64,000 nt of DNA from an uncultured virus (IMG/VR IMGVR_UViG_3300036770_001202) (IMGVR_UViG_3300036770_001202), one strand, 5' to 3'. Positions 9,862-17,119 are shown, counted from the stretch's first letter. Notes: generated by a model not told the origin, from the sequence alone. Numbers and translations are program-made.

Positions 9862-10724
9862 TTTTAGTTGACTTGAATCAGGTCATGATTGCAAACCTGA
9901 TGATGCAGGTAAATTCCAATGCTGCAAATCAGATTGATGAAAACCTGATTCGTCACATGGTTCTCAATTCGCTGAGAATGTATAACGTCAAATTCAAGGA
10001 TGAATATGGCGAAATGGTTATCTGTTCCGACGACAAAAAGTATTGGCGCAGAGATATCTTTCCGTATTACAAAGCATCCCGTAAGAAGGACCGCGAAGCA
10101 TCCCCATTTGACTGGAATCTAATTTTTGAAACTCTGAATAAAGTCCGTGATGAAATTCGCGAGAACTTTCCTTACAAGGTTATTCAAGTTGAGAAGACTG
10201 AAGCCGATGACGTTATCGGCACACTTTGCCATGAGTATGGTGTTTATCTGAAGAATGCTGATACTGAGAAAATTCTGATTCTCTCAAGCGATAAAGACTT
10301 TCAACAATTGCAAAAGTTTGTCAATGTTGATCAATACAGCCCCATGGCAAAGAAGTTTATTCGCAACAATTCTCCTGATAAATTCTTAAAAGAACATATC
10401 ATAAAGGGAGATAGAAGCGATGGGATTCCTAATTTTCTTAGCGGTGATGATTGCTTTGTTACTGAAAGCCGGCAGAAACCTGTAACTGAGAAAAAACTAA
10501 ATAGTTGGATGGATCAAGAACCTGAAGCATTCTGCGATGAGAATATGCTTAGAAATTATCGTAGGAATGAAATGCTGATTGACTTGAGTAAGATTCCTCA
10601 AGAATTCAAGCAAAAGATTCTGGATACATACAAGACTGCCAAGACAAATGGCAGAGAGAAGATTTTCGACTATTTAATTAAACATCGTATGAAAATGCTG
10701 ATGGAACACATACAGGAATTTTAA
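9858..10724 (+). CDS. rnh: T4-type RNase H (5'-3' exonuclease)
   Basis: MILVDLNQ, WRR...YYK..R, EADD, SSDKDF.QL, GD.SDGIPN motifs. Confidence 0.95.
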   Translation: MILVDLNQVMIANLMMQVNSNAANQIDENLIRHMVLNSLRMYNVKFKDEYGEMVICSDDKKYWRRDIFPYYKASRKKDREASPFDWNLIFETLNKVRDEIRENFPYKVIQVEKTEADDVIGTLCHEYGVYLKNADTEKILILSSDKDFQQLQKFVNVDQYSPMAKKFIRNNSPDKFLKEHIIKGDRSDGIPNFLSGDDCFVTESRQKPVTEKKLNSWMDQEPEAFCDENMLRNYRRNEMLIDLSKIPQEFKQKILDTYKTAKTNGREKIFDYLIKHRMKMLMEHIQEF

Positions 10725-10726
10725 CA

Positions 10727-11173
10727 ATGGCTATTGATATTAGTAAAATGACACTACCTGAAATTTTTCAGCATGTCTCTGAGTTGCCGACTGCTAAACG
10801 CACCGATGCTCTGAAACAGATTGGAAATTTACGCAAAGAGGTAAAGGTCTTGATGTGGTATGTCTTTAGAAAAGACGCAAAGTTTGATTTGCCTGCTGGT
10901 TCACCTCCGTTCAATAAAATGGAAGTGCCAGAGAATATGGGTATGAATCGACTTCCCGCAGAAATTCGTAAACTAGAATATTTGCTTCCGTCATCTAATT
11001 TGAACAAGATCAAGAAAGAAAAAATCTTTATCGAAATTCTTGAAGCAGTAACTCCAGAAGAAGCGGAGTTGGTTCTTCAAGTTAAAGATAAGAAATTGAA
11101 GTATAAAGGCATCACAAGGAAGTTGGTAGAGGAAGCACTACCAGAAGTTTTTCTAGGAGAAAAAGAAGCGTAA
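10727..11173 (+). CDS. Conserved T4-like hypothetical protein (usually follows rnh)
   Basis: LP.G.PP...E..FI..LE...EA...KDK pattern. Confidence 0.8.
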   Translation: MAIDISKMTLPEIFQHVSELPTAKRTDALKQIGNLRKEVKVLMWYVFRKDAKFDLPAGSPPFNKMEVPENMGMNRLPAEIRKLEYLLPSSNLNKIKKEKIFIEILEAVTPEEAELVLQVKDKKLKYKGITRKLVEEALPEVFLGEKEA

Positions 11174-11178
11174 AAGTC

Positions 11179-11364
11179 ATGGCTAAAACTAAAAAGTATA
11201 ACAGTTTTCGTGAATTCTATGAGGATGAAGAACGCCCTCGAAAAAAGCCCAAGGCTCCAGAGGTCACCCGAAAAAACAAGGACAAGATGAAAAAGAAATT
11301 TCGTTTTCTTGATCCAAAAAATATGAGGGAAGAGGACTTTGATGAATTCGAAGATTACCAATAG
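11179..11364 (+). CDS. Small charged hypothetical protein
   Basis: 61-aa ORF within the operon. Confidence 0.65.
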   Translation: MAKTKKYNSFREFYEDEERPRKKPKAPEVTRKNKDKMKKKFRFLDPKNMREEDFDEFEDYQ

Positions 11365-11620
11365 CGGTAAAGACTACGATGGTCTCTCACAGAGAGATTT
11401 GGATAACTTGAATTTTTTGTTGACTTCATCTAAATCGACTATCAAACAATGGATGCAAGTGGTTAGTCAAGATGACTTGAATTATGCTTTAGAACTTATG
11501 GCAATGTATCACCTTAGACTTTGTGATTCTGCTGCGGAACAATCGGAACTCAATGAGGCAAGAGAAATGCTTGCCAACATAGGCATTCCGACTTCTAAGA
11601 CTCGACCGGACAACGCCTAA
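11339..11620 (+). CDS. Hypothetical protein
   Basis: 93 aa; D.DNLNFLL...DD..YA.EL. Confidence 0.65.
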   Translation: MMNSKITNSGKDYDGLSQRDLDNLNFLLTSSKSTIKQWMQVVSQDDLNYALELMAMYHLRLCDSAAEQSELNEAREMLANIGIPTSKTRPDNA

Positions 11621-11698
11621 AACCGCCCTCTAGGCGGTTTTCTCTGTCTGGATAGTGTCTGATATCACCCCCACCCTAAAAACCGCCCAAAACCGCCC
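11619..11698. repeat. GC-rich imperfect palindromic element, copy 1 (includes a terminator-like hairpin)
   Basis: AAAACCGCC-ctcta-GGCGGTTTT, then GATATCA and the 18-mer AAAACCGCCCAAAACCGC shared with 31460-31477. Confidence 0.7.
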
Positions 11699-11704
11699 TA
11701 ATTT

Positions 11705-11818
11705 TGTTGCTTTTTTGCAACAAAAACCCAACAAATCCCTAAGTTGTTGTTTTTACACAACATATTTTTTCACTTTTTTGTGGAAAACCCTTGACATGGG
11801 TACCGACTGTGCTATACT
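11705..11818 (+). promoter_or_regulatory. Early promoter cassette with two TGTTGY-N6-RCAACA boxes
   Basis: Boxes 11705-11722 and 11745-11762; TTGACA 11791; TATACT 11813. Confidence 0.8.
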
Positions 11819-11849
11819 AGACTCTGTGATGAACGAAAGAGGTCTTGAT

Positions 11850-12182
11850 ATGAATATGGAAACCGCACTCGAAACCCTTAAGAATGACATTATTGCCGAC
11901 TACGAAGGTTGGCAAAGCAAACCTCGCACCGAGATTCAAGCAAGGATGCTTGATGAGTTTATCAACGGCATTCGAATTGCCGAAGGTAGCAAGTATATCA
12001 AGGTGATTACTGGTTCCTCTGTTTGGGGTTTCATTGTGAACACCGACAAGGATAAGAAATTCCGCAAAGGCGACATTCTCAAGGCTGCTGGTTGGGCTGC
12101 TCCCGCACGAAACGCCGCTCGCGGTAACATTCTGGACGGTGGCTACGAAATTCGCTGGACTGGTCCTATGTACCTTGTCTGA
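11850..12182 (+). CDS. Hypothetical protein
   Basis: KYIKV...VWGFIV...KGDILKAAGWAAPARN.ARGNI family; RBS AGAGG. Confidence 0.8.
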   Translation: MNMETALETLKNDIIADYEGWQSKPRTEIQARMLDEFINGIRIAEGSKYIKVITGSSVWGFIVNTDKDKKFRKGDILKAAGWAAPARNAARGNILDGGYEIRWTGPMYLV

Positions 12183-12183
12183 T

Positions 12184-12244
12184 TGTTGCGGGAAAGCAAC
12201 ACTATGAAAATAGTTGTTGACTTTCCCTCCGAGTGTGATATACT
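12184..12244 (+). promoter_or_regulatory. Early promoter cassette
   Basis: TGTTGC-N6-GCAACA 12184-12201; TTGACT 12217; TATACT 12239. Confidence 0.75.
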
Positions 12245-12274
12245 GTAGTCTGTTGAGTGAGAAAAGGATACGAA

Positions 12275-12523
12275 ATGACGGAATTTGAACGTAACTCTAT
12301 GGGGATGTCCGCTGAGGATGTCCGTGAGCAATACATGAATTCTCTGACTGCACGATTGTCTGGTCAAGAAATGGTTGTTGCTGGTATTCTGTCCGATTGC
12401 CAAGAAATGTTAGCAATGGGTGCAGGACCTAGGTCCGTTGAATATGTTCGCAAACAATTGAACGTTGCGAAGTTTATTCTGTTCGAACAAATGAAGGCTA
12501 CTCGCGAAACCGAGGCTGCGTAA
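12275..12523 (+). CDS. Hypothetical protein
   Basis: RBS AAGGA, ATG 12275. Confidence 0.75.
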   Translation: MTEFERNSMGMSAEDVREQYMNSLTARLSGQEMVVAGILSDCQEMLAMGAGPRSVEYVRKQLNVAKFILFEQMKATRETEAA

Positions 12524-12533
12524 GGAGACTGTA

Positions 12534-12875
12534 ATGGTTATGCTTGTTATCCGCACTCAAGTTTACGAAAACTATGCATGGAACGAAGACGGTTCCATTG
12601 GCACTGGTCCTGATGCATATTGGAAAGCAAAGGGTGGGTCCGAGTATAAGGTTCTGAATGTTCCGTTGAACACCGACTATGAGGCTATCGTTAGCCTTGC
12701 CGATGTAGAACGGGATGACGATTATTTCCGTGAGCATGTTATCGATTGGTCCATAGAGTCCGATGATTACTTGTCGTGGTTCGAAAAGAGCCAACTTGAG
12801 TATGATGGTTCTATAACTTGCAAAGAACCCACCATGGAGTATTCCGATTTGATTGAAGAGAGGATGGTAGCATGA
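12534..12875 (+). CDS. Hypothetical protein
   Basis: RBS TAAGGAG; TQV.ENY...YWKAKGG motif. Confidence 0.8.
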   Translation: MVMLVIRTQVYENYAWNEDGSIGTGPDAYWKAKGGSEYKVLNVPLNTDYEAIVSLADVERDDDYFREHVIDWSIESDDYLSWFEKSQLEYDGSITCKEPTMEYSDLIEERMVA

Positions 12876-13108
12876 GTAAGATGGGCGACCTGCTAATTGA
12901 AATTGAAGAATTATACTTTGCGGGACATTCTGTAACTGCAATTGCAAATGTAACTGGTATGCCAGTAAAGTGGATTGCCGAATACCTTGACAGGTTCGAT
13001 GATTCTGAGTATAATGATTCAATGGACGGTGATGATGCATCGGCTCTAGCCTCTGCTGGATTTGGTACCGATGAAGACTATGGCGGCGGTATGGATGATC
13101 CATTCTGA
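12872..13108 (+). CDS. Acidic hypothetical protein
   Basis: DGD..SALASAGFGTDEDYG motif. Confidence 0.75.
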   Translation: MSKMGDLLIEIEELYFAGHSVTAIANVTGMPVKWIAEYLDRFDDSEYNDSMDGDDASALASAGFGTDEDYGGGMDDPF

Positions 13109-13754
13109 GAAAGATTTTTTTACTGAGAATGAAAGACTGAATCTGCGCCGTTCGGTCCTGATGTTGCGTAACAAATGGACAATGGTAACGGGACAGGATG
13201 CAATTGGATACTCTACGGCAAAGAAAACTTTTTTCTACACGTTAGGCGATTCTCTCTATGAAATGGAATCAAATGACAAGAAGGAAGAAGATATCAATCG
13301 CGGCACACAAAAAATTCTGTTGAAAGAATTCAAATGGATTTACGATAGAATTTTTAAGAAGATTGAGGAGTTGACAGGTAAGCAGGTTAAGTTGTATAAT
13401 GGTCTAACTGTTCCAGGATTTCATATCAGTCAAGTACCAATACAATATTCACCTTCATACTATCATCAGGATCGAAGCATATTGATGTATCGACCTAAGG
13501 TAGATATGAACACGGTGTATTCTGTATTGTTATTAATTGAGAAACCAAAGAATGGCGCATGGCTGGATTACCTAGACAATGCAGGAAACAAATTAGTTAA
13601 GCATTATCACTATGGACAATTCAACATGTGGAAGTCTACTATGCCGCACAAGATTGGTGGGTTTTTCACCCTTCCTGGTGAGCATAGGATTACTTTACAA
13701 TGTCACTATTGTGCCGATCCGAATGACAACAAAATTATTTTGGCGTATTTTTGA
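13095..13754 (+). CDS. 2OG-Fe(II) oxygenase-like protein
   Basis: PGFHI, HQD (HxD), distal H and RITLQ.H. Confidence 0.7.
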   Translation: MIHSEKDFFTENERLNLRRSVLMLRNKWTMVTGQDAIGYSTAKKTFFYTLGDSLYEMESNDKKEEDINRGTQKILLKEFKWIYDRIFKKIEELTGKQVKLYNGLTVPGFHISQVPIQYSPSYYHQDRSILMYRPKVDMNTVYSVLLLIEKPKNGAWLDYLDNAGNKLVKHYHYGQFNMWKSTMPHKIGGFFTLPGEHRITLQCHYCADPNDNKIILAYF

Positions 13755-14062
13755 TGATTACTTTTCTTGATGGTATGGGTCCTCGGCAGTCAATGGCTGT
13801 TGAGATTCTAGACACAGTTCGATTCGGTGCGCTGGATCGTATCAAAGGCGCAAATGGTTACCGCAAGCAAAAACTTGACAAAGGTGATGCATATGTGATA
13901 CCATTTGGGTTATCAAAAGATTGTTATGGTGCAGTTCTGGTAAAGGCACCGAAGAATCTTGAAGTGCAGTATATGATGAAAGGCAAACGATTCAATCAAT
14001 CGTTTAAGTATGCAAGTGAAGTGAAAAGTTTTCTTGTCAAAAAATTCATACAAGAAACTTGA
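13754..14062 (+). CDS. Hypothetical protein
   Basis: About 102-aa ORF within the operon. Confidence 0.7.
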   Translation: MITFLDGMGPRQSMAVEILDTVRFGALDRIKGANGYRKQKLDKGDAYVIPFGLSKDCYGAVLVKAPKNLEVQYMMKGKRFNQSFKYASEVKSFLVKKFIQET

Positions 14063-14087
14063 AAAAATATTTTGGATGTGCTATAAT
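14059..14087 (+). promoter_or_regulatory. Sigma70-type promoter for the mazG-like gene and leader
   Basis: TTGAAA-17-TATAAT with extended TG. Confidence 0.7.
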
Positions 14088-14110
14088 TTTGCATGTAAGA
14101 AGGATATATA

Positions 14111-14392
14111 ATGAATGAACAACAAAAAGAAATTCTCCGAATTACACAAGAAGAATGCGCTGAGGTAATTCAAGCAATCAGCAAAATTTTTCGATTTGGA
14201 ATTGATGAAGTGTATGATGGTCAAACAAACCGTCAAAGGCTTCAAGCAGAATTAGGTGATCTTCAATGTATGATTTCGCTACTCAAAGAAACAAATGTAG
14301 TGGATGACTTTGGAGTTCACAAAGAAGAAATGAACAAACGTAATCGTCTGACAAAGTGGTCAGATATTTTTAAGGAAGAACAAATTCAATGA
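14111..14392 (+). CDS. MazG-like nucleotide pyrophosphohydrolase
   Basis: QEECAEVIQAISK..RFG...ELGDL. Confidence 0.8.
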   Translation: MNEQQKEILRITQEECAEVIQAISKIFRFGIDEVYDGQTNRQRLQAELGDLQCMISLLKETNVVDDFGVHKEEMNKRNRLTKWSDIFKEEQIQ

Positions 14393-14517
14393 AGAAACTA
14401 TTATCGCAACTCTCATATAGAAAAGGAATGCCAGCATCATGCAATTGGCAAGCCGTTTCTCGCTTTGAGGATGCGATTAATGGTAGCCACACACCTGGAA
14501 TGGGGGCTTGTACCTGA
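14389..14517 (+). CDS. Putative 42-aa leader peptide containing all 20 amino acids
   Basis: RBS TAAGGA, ATGA overlap; MKKLLSQLSYRKGMPASCNWQAVSRFEDAINGSHTPGMGACT. Confidence 0.65.
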   Translation: MKKLLSQLSYRKGMPASCNWQAVSRFEDAINGSHTPGMGACT

Positions 14518-14583
14518 GGACCAAGAAGTCCAAAAGAATACAAAGACAAGCCCCCTAGCCTAAAAACTAGGGGGTTTTTCTTT
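14502..14583 (+). terminator. Intrinsic terminator with competing antiterminator (attenuator-like)
   Basis: CCCCCTAG 14551-14558 / CTAGGGGG 14567-14574 + U tract; GGGGGCTTGT 14502-14511 is complementary to ACAAGCCCCC 14546-14555. Confidence 0.75.
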
Positions 14584-14584
14584 G

Positions 14585-14694
14585 TGTTGCACGAAAACAA
14601 CGAAGTGAAAAAAGTTCAAAAAGTTGTTGACACCAACCAGGATGCGTGTTAAGATACGCATCTAGACTGAGAAATCAGTCACCGCTCTTTAAAA
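14585..14694 (+). promoter_or_regulatory. tRNA-array promoter with boxB/boxA-like antitermination signals
   Basis: Palindromic box 14585-14602; TTGACA 14627, TAAGAT 14650; hairpin GACTGA-GAAA-TCAGTC 14665-14680; CGCTCTTTAAAA 14683-14694. Confidence 0.75.
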
Positions 14695-14710
14695 ATTTGT
14701 CTGTCAATTT

Positions 14711-14785
14711 GCACGGTTCGTCTATCGGTTAGGACGCTGCCCTTTCAAGGCGGAAAGACGGGTTCGATTCCCGTACCGTGTACCA
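14711..14785 (+). tRNA. tRNA-Glu(TTC)
   Basis: Cloverleaf, loop CTTTCAA, CCA. Confidence 0.95.
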
Positions 14786-14907
14786 TTTGATATGTCTACT
14801 GTAAGCCATGGGCTTGATCATGCCTGAGTAACTATGTATATAATTGCGGTAATTCTAGACTATCCCGCATGAGCATAGCAAATAGTGCAGTAGACATTTC
14901 AAATGGT
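14782..14907 (+). ncRNA. Long-stem inter-tRNA structured element A
   Basis: ACCATTTGA-ATGTCTACTG pairs with CAGTAGACAT-TCAAATGGT; internal hairpins. Confidence 0.6.
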
Positions 14908-14910
14908 ATT

Positions 14911-14985
14911 GGGGGGTTGGCGTAATTGGGAACGTGATGCCCTTGCAAGGCATAGTTAGGGGTTCGATTCCCCTACCTTCCACCA
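14911..14985 (+). tRNA. tRNA-Ala(TGC)
   Basis: Cloverleaf, G3-U70, loop CTTGCAA. Confidence 0.9.
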
Positions 14986-15007
14986 AACATTTTTTAAGGA
15001 GAAAGCG

Positions 15008-15139
15008 ATGAAGCGAAAACAGATCGCTAAGAAACGTAACCCGTTCGTTATCTTAGCGTTATTTAAAAAAGCGGGAGCCCATCGTAAGTCTAATAAGGCT
15101 TTGCGAAAGGCAGAAAAGCAGAAACCTTTGGGGGTATAA
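15008..15139 (+). CDS. Small basic protein (43 aa)
   Basis: RBS TAAGGAG; RNPFV...KKAGAHRKSNK; stop lies inside the tRNA-Lys 5' end. Confidence 0.65.
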   Translation: MKRKQIAKKRNPFVILALFKKAGAHRKSNKALRKAEKQKPLGV

Positions 15140-15204
15140 CTTAACGGCTAAAGTAGTAGGCTTTTAACCTATTAATCAGAGTTCGATTCTCTGTGCCCCT
15201 ACCA
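15130..15204 (+). tRNA. tRNA-Lys(TTT)
   Basis: Cloverleaf, loop CTTTTAA, CCA. Confidence 0.9.
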
Positions 15205-15334
15205 TATAAAAACATTCTGTGTGACTACAGCGGAACAACTGAAATACTTGCCAATGTCGACCAATGCAAGGACCAGCCGTGAAGAGTAGGGTCACCGCAG
15301 ATTCAAGCACTGGTCAGAGTGTTTCTATATGGTA
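15200..15334 (+). ncRNA. Long-stem inter-tRNA structured element B
   Basis: TACCATATA-AAACATTCTG pairs with CAGAGTGTTT-TATATGGTA. Confidence 0.6.
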
Positions 15335-15339
15335 GTTTT

Positions 15340-15428
15340 GGGGGCTGTTCTCTACGGCGGACTGTAAATCCGTTGCCTTAATATGTAGAGTGGTCGGCGA
15401 TTAGGTTCAATTCCTTCAGTCCCCACCA
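15340..15428 (+). tRNA. Atypical D-arm-less tRNA-Tyr(GTA)-like gene
   Basis: 8-bp acceptor + ACCA, anticodon arm GCGGA-CTGTAAA-TCCGT, T loop TTCAATT, no D hairpin. Confidence 0.7.
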
Positions 15429-15432
15429 ATTT

Positions 15433-15508
15433 GGTCTTAAAGTGTTCATGGACGCACGTTGGCTTGTCACGCCAAAAGAGTGGGGATCGTTACCCCCTAA
15501 GACCGCCA
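15433..15508 (+). tRNA. tRNA-Asp(GTC)
   Basis: Cloverleaf, loop TTGTCAC, atypical T loop ATCGTTA. Confidence 0.9.
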
Positions 15509-15515
15509 AGTTTGA

Positions 15516-15592
15516 CGCAGAGTATGGAAGAGGTCTATCCGCTTGGTCTCATAAGCCGAGAATCGCAGGTTCGAATCCTGCCTCTGCAACCA
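15516..15592 (+). tRNA. tRNA-Met(CAT), initiator-like
   Basis: C1:A72 mismatch, loop CTCATAA. Confidence 0.85.
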
Positions 15593-15597
15593 GTTTT

Positions 15598-15656
15598 AGG
15601 ATACTTTCAGCAATTAAAAAACTTTACTGGAAATAAAGCAAAAAGCGTATCCTGTT
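15598..15656 (+). ncRNA. CAGCAA-stem RNA 1 (anticodon-like hairpin, GGA)
   Basis: AGGATAC/GTATCCT stem, TTTCAGCAA, CTTTA-CTGGAAA-TAAAG, terminal GTT. Confidence 0.75.
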
Positions 15657-15664
15657 ATTTTTAT

Positions 15665-15739
15665 TCCGGTGTAGCACAGCGGTAGTGCAGTTGACTGTTA
15701 ATCAATTGGTCGTTGGTTCGATCCCAGCCACCGGAGCCA
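15665..15739 (+). tRNA. tRNA-Asn(GTT)
   Basis: Cloverleaf, loop CTGTTAA. Confidence 0.95.
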
Positions 15740-15740
15740 A

Positions 15741-15956
15741 TCCTCCGTTTACACTTTGTCGGTAAACCGAAAGTGGGTAATTGCCAAACCACAAGAGCAG
15801 GGTAGTGATGAAAGTGACGGTAGCCCCGTTTACCCCAAGGCTTCATTTCAGAAGCGACTTGAGAGATTCACAGTTTTCGCTAGATTGGACTATATCACTA
15901 TCTAGATGGACAGGGTAACCACTCAGTCTTGGGCTAATGAGGATTAGTAGCAAGAC
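15741..15956 (+). ncRNA. Unknown structured RNA X (GACAGGG-ACTCA family)
   Basis: Starts after a tRNA CCA; multiple stems; 3' module shared with 16349-16540. Confidence 0.6.
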
Positions 15957-15997
15957 ACCTTACATATGTTGATTGTTTCAATATATGTAAGGTTATC

Positions 15998-16072
15998 GGT
16001 GATATGACGTAGACGGATGCGTACCGGTTTCATAAGCCGAGGAGAGTGGATCGATACCACTTATCACCACCA
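15998..16072 (+). tRNA. tRNA-Met(CAT), elongator-type
   Basis: GGTGATA/TATCACC acceptor, loop TTCATAA. Confidence 0.8.
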
Positions 16073-16077
16073 ACTAT

Positions 16078-16153
16078 GGTGTTCTTAGTGTAGTGGTCTG
16101 CACTTCTCGCTGTGACCGAGAAAGTATGAGTTCGATCCTCATAGAACACCCCA
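16078..16153 (+). tRNA. tRNA-His(GTG)
   Basis: G-1:C73, loop CTGTGAC. Confidence 0.9.
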
Positions 16154-16154
16154 T

Positions 16155-16230
16155 GTCGCTTGAGCAAGTGTGGTCATTGCAGCGGACTGAAAATCCGATG
16201 AAGTTGGTTCGATTCCGACAGGCGGCACCA
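16155..16230 (+). tRNA. tRNA-Phe(GAA)
   Basis: Cloverleaf, loop CTGAAAA. Confidence 0.9.
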
Positions 16231-16272
16231 AATAACAAAGTAAATTTTCGACAAATAACAAAGTAAATTTTC
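16229..16272 (+). repeat. 21-bp direct repeat x2
   Basis: CAAATAACAAAGTAAATTTTC at 16229 and 16252. Confidence 0.9.
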
Positions 16273-16347
16273 ACCGGATTAACTCAGCGGTAGAGTAATC
16301 GCTTGATAAGCGATAAGTCATTGGTTCGAACCCAATATCCGGTACCA
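16273..16347 (+). tRNA. tRNA-Ile(GAT)
   Basis: Cloverleaf, loop TTGATAA. Confidence 0.95.
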
Positions 16348-16348
16348 G

Positions 16349-16540
16349 TCTCGTCAGCACAAAACGTGATTTGTGTCGCCTACTCGGCGTTATAGAGTCG
16401 GGGGCGGTGAACCGTAAAGAAGAGTGCCCATTCTAGGGAGTCCGAACCGCTGTGCCGAACCATAACGGCTCAGGAAAATATAAACGTGGTGACAGGGAGG
16501 TCAACTCATTACGGGGCGACCTAGAAAACGTAGCCGTAAT
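16349..16540 (+). ncRNA. Unknown structured RNA Y (GACAGGG-ACTCA family)
   Basis: Starts after a tRNA CCA; closing stem, several hairpins, same 3' module as RNA X. Confidence 0.6.
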
Positions 16541-16623
16541 AATTTAAGGAGAAATCAAATGGGGCAATCGTAGTTTTTGTTATCATGATTCTTCTATACA
16601 TTACATTTAAAAGAAATTTATAA

Positions 16624-16700
16624 GCCCAGGTGATGGAATTGGTATACATGTTAGTCTTAGAAACTAAATCTTGCGGGTTCGAGTCCCGCCTTGGGCACCA
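16624..16700 (+). tRNA. tRNA-Leu(TAG), short variable loop
   Basis: Loop CTTAGAA; variable region only ATCTT. Confidence 0.9.
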
Positions 16701-16705
16701 GTTTT

Positions 16706-16822
16706 AGGATACATTCAGCAAAAAATATTTCGCCTTCTAAGCGAGAGGTTGTTGGTTCGACTCCAACTTTTTCCACTAGGGAAAAATAGATCAATGGTAG
16801 ATCACTAAAAACGTATCCTGTT
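16706..16822 (+). ncRNA. CAGCAA-stem RNA 2 enclosing a circularly permuted tRNA-Arg(TCT)
   Basis: AGGATAC/GTATCCT stem around anticodon arm, T arm, looped acceptor and D arm in permuted order. Confidence 0.8.
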
Positions 16823-16829
16823 ATATAAT

Positions 16830-16904
16830 ACCCGATTGGTGAAATGAATATCACACTTTGCTACGAACGAAGAGTTGGGAGTTTGATTCTCTCATTGGGT
16901 GCCA
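16830..16904 (+). tRNA. tRNA-Arg(ACG)
   Basis: Loop CTACGAA, CCA. Confidence 0.85.
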
Positions 16905-16911
16905 AATTTGT

Positions 16912-16985
16912 TGGGGGTTAGTTAAATGGTATAACCACGGATTTTGATTCCGTTGTCAAAGGTTCGATTCCTTTACCCTCTGCCA
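16912..16985 (+). tRNA. tRNA-Gln(TTG)
   Basis: Loop TTTTGAT, CCA. Confidence 0.9.
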
Positions 16986-16992
16986 ATTACAT

Positions 16993-17070
16993 GGTGCGAT
17001 GCCGGAGCGGTCAAACGGCGGAGCCTGCAAAACTCTTGTATCGTGAGTTCGAATCTCACTCGCACCTCCA
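16993..17070 (+). tRNA. tRNA-Cys(GCA)
   Basis: Loop CTGCAAA, U73. Confidence 0.9.
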
Positions 17071-17079
17071 AAAAATTAC

Positions 17080-17108
17080 TTGACATTCAGTTTTAAAGAA
17101 TATATAAT
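17080..17108 (+). promoter_or_regulatory. Consensus sigma70 promoter
   Basis: TTGACA-17-TATAAT. Confidence 0.85.
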
Positions 17109-17119
17109 AGTAAGATAAT

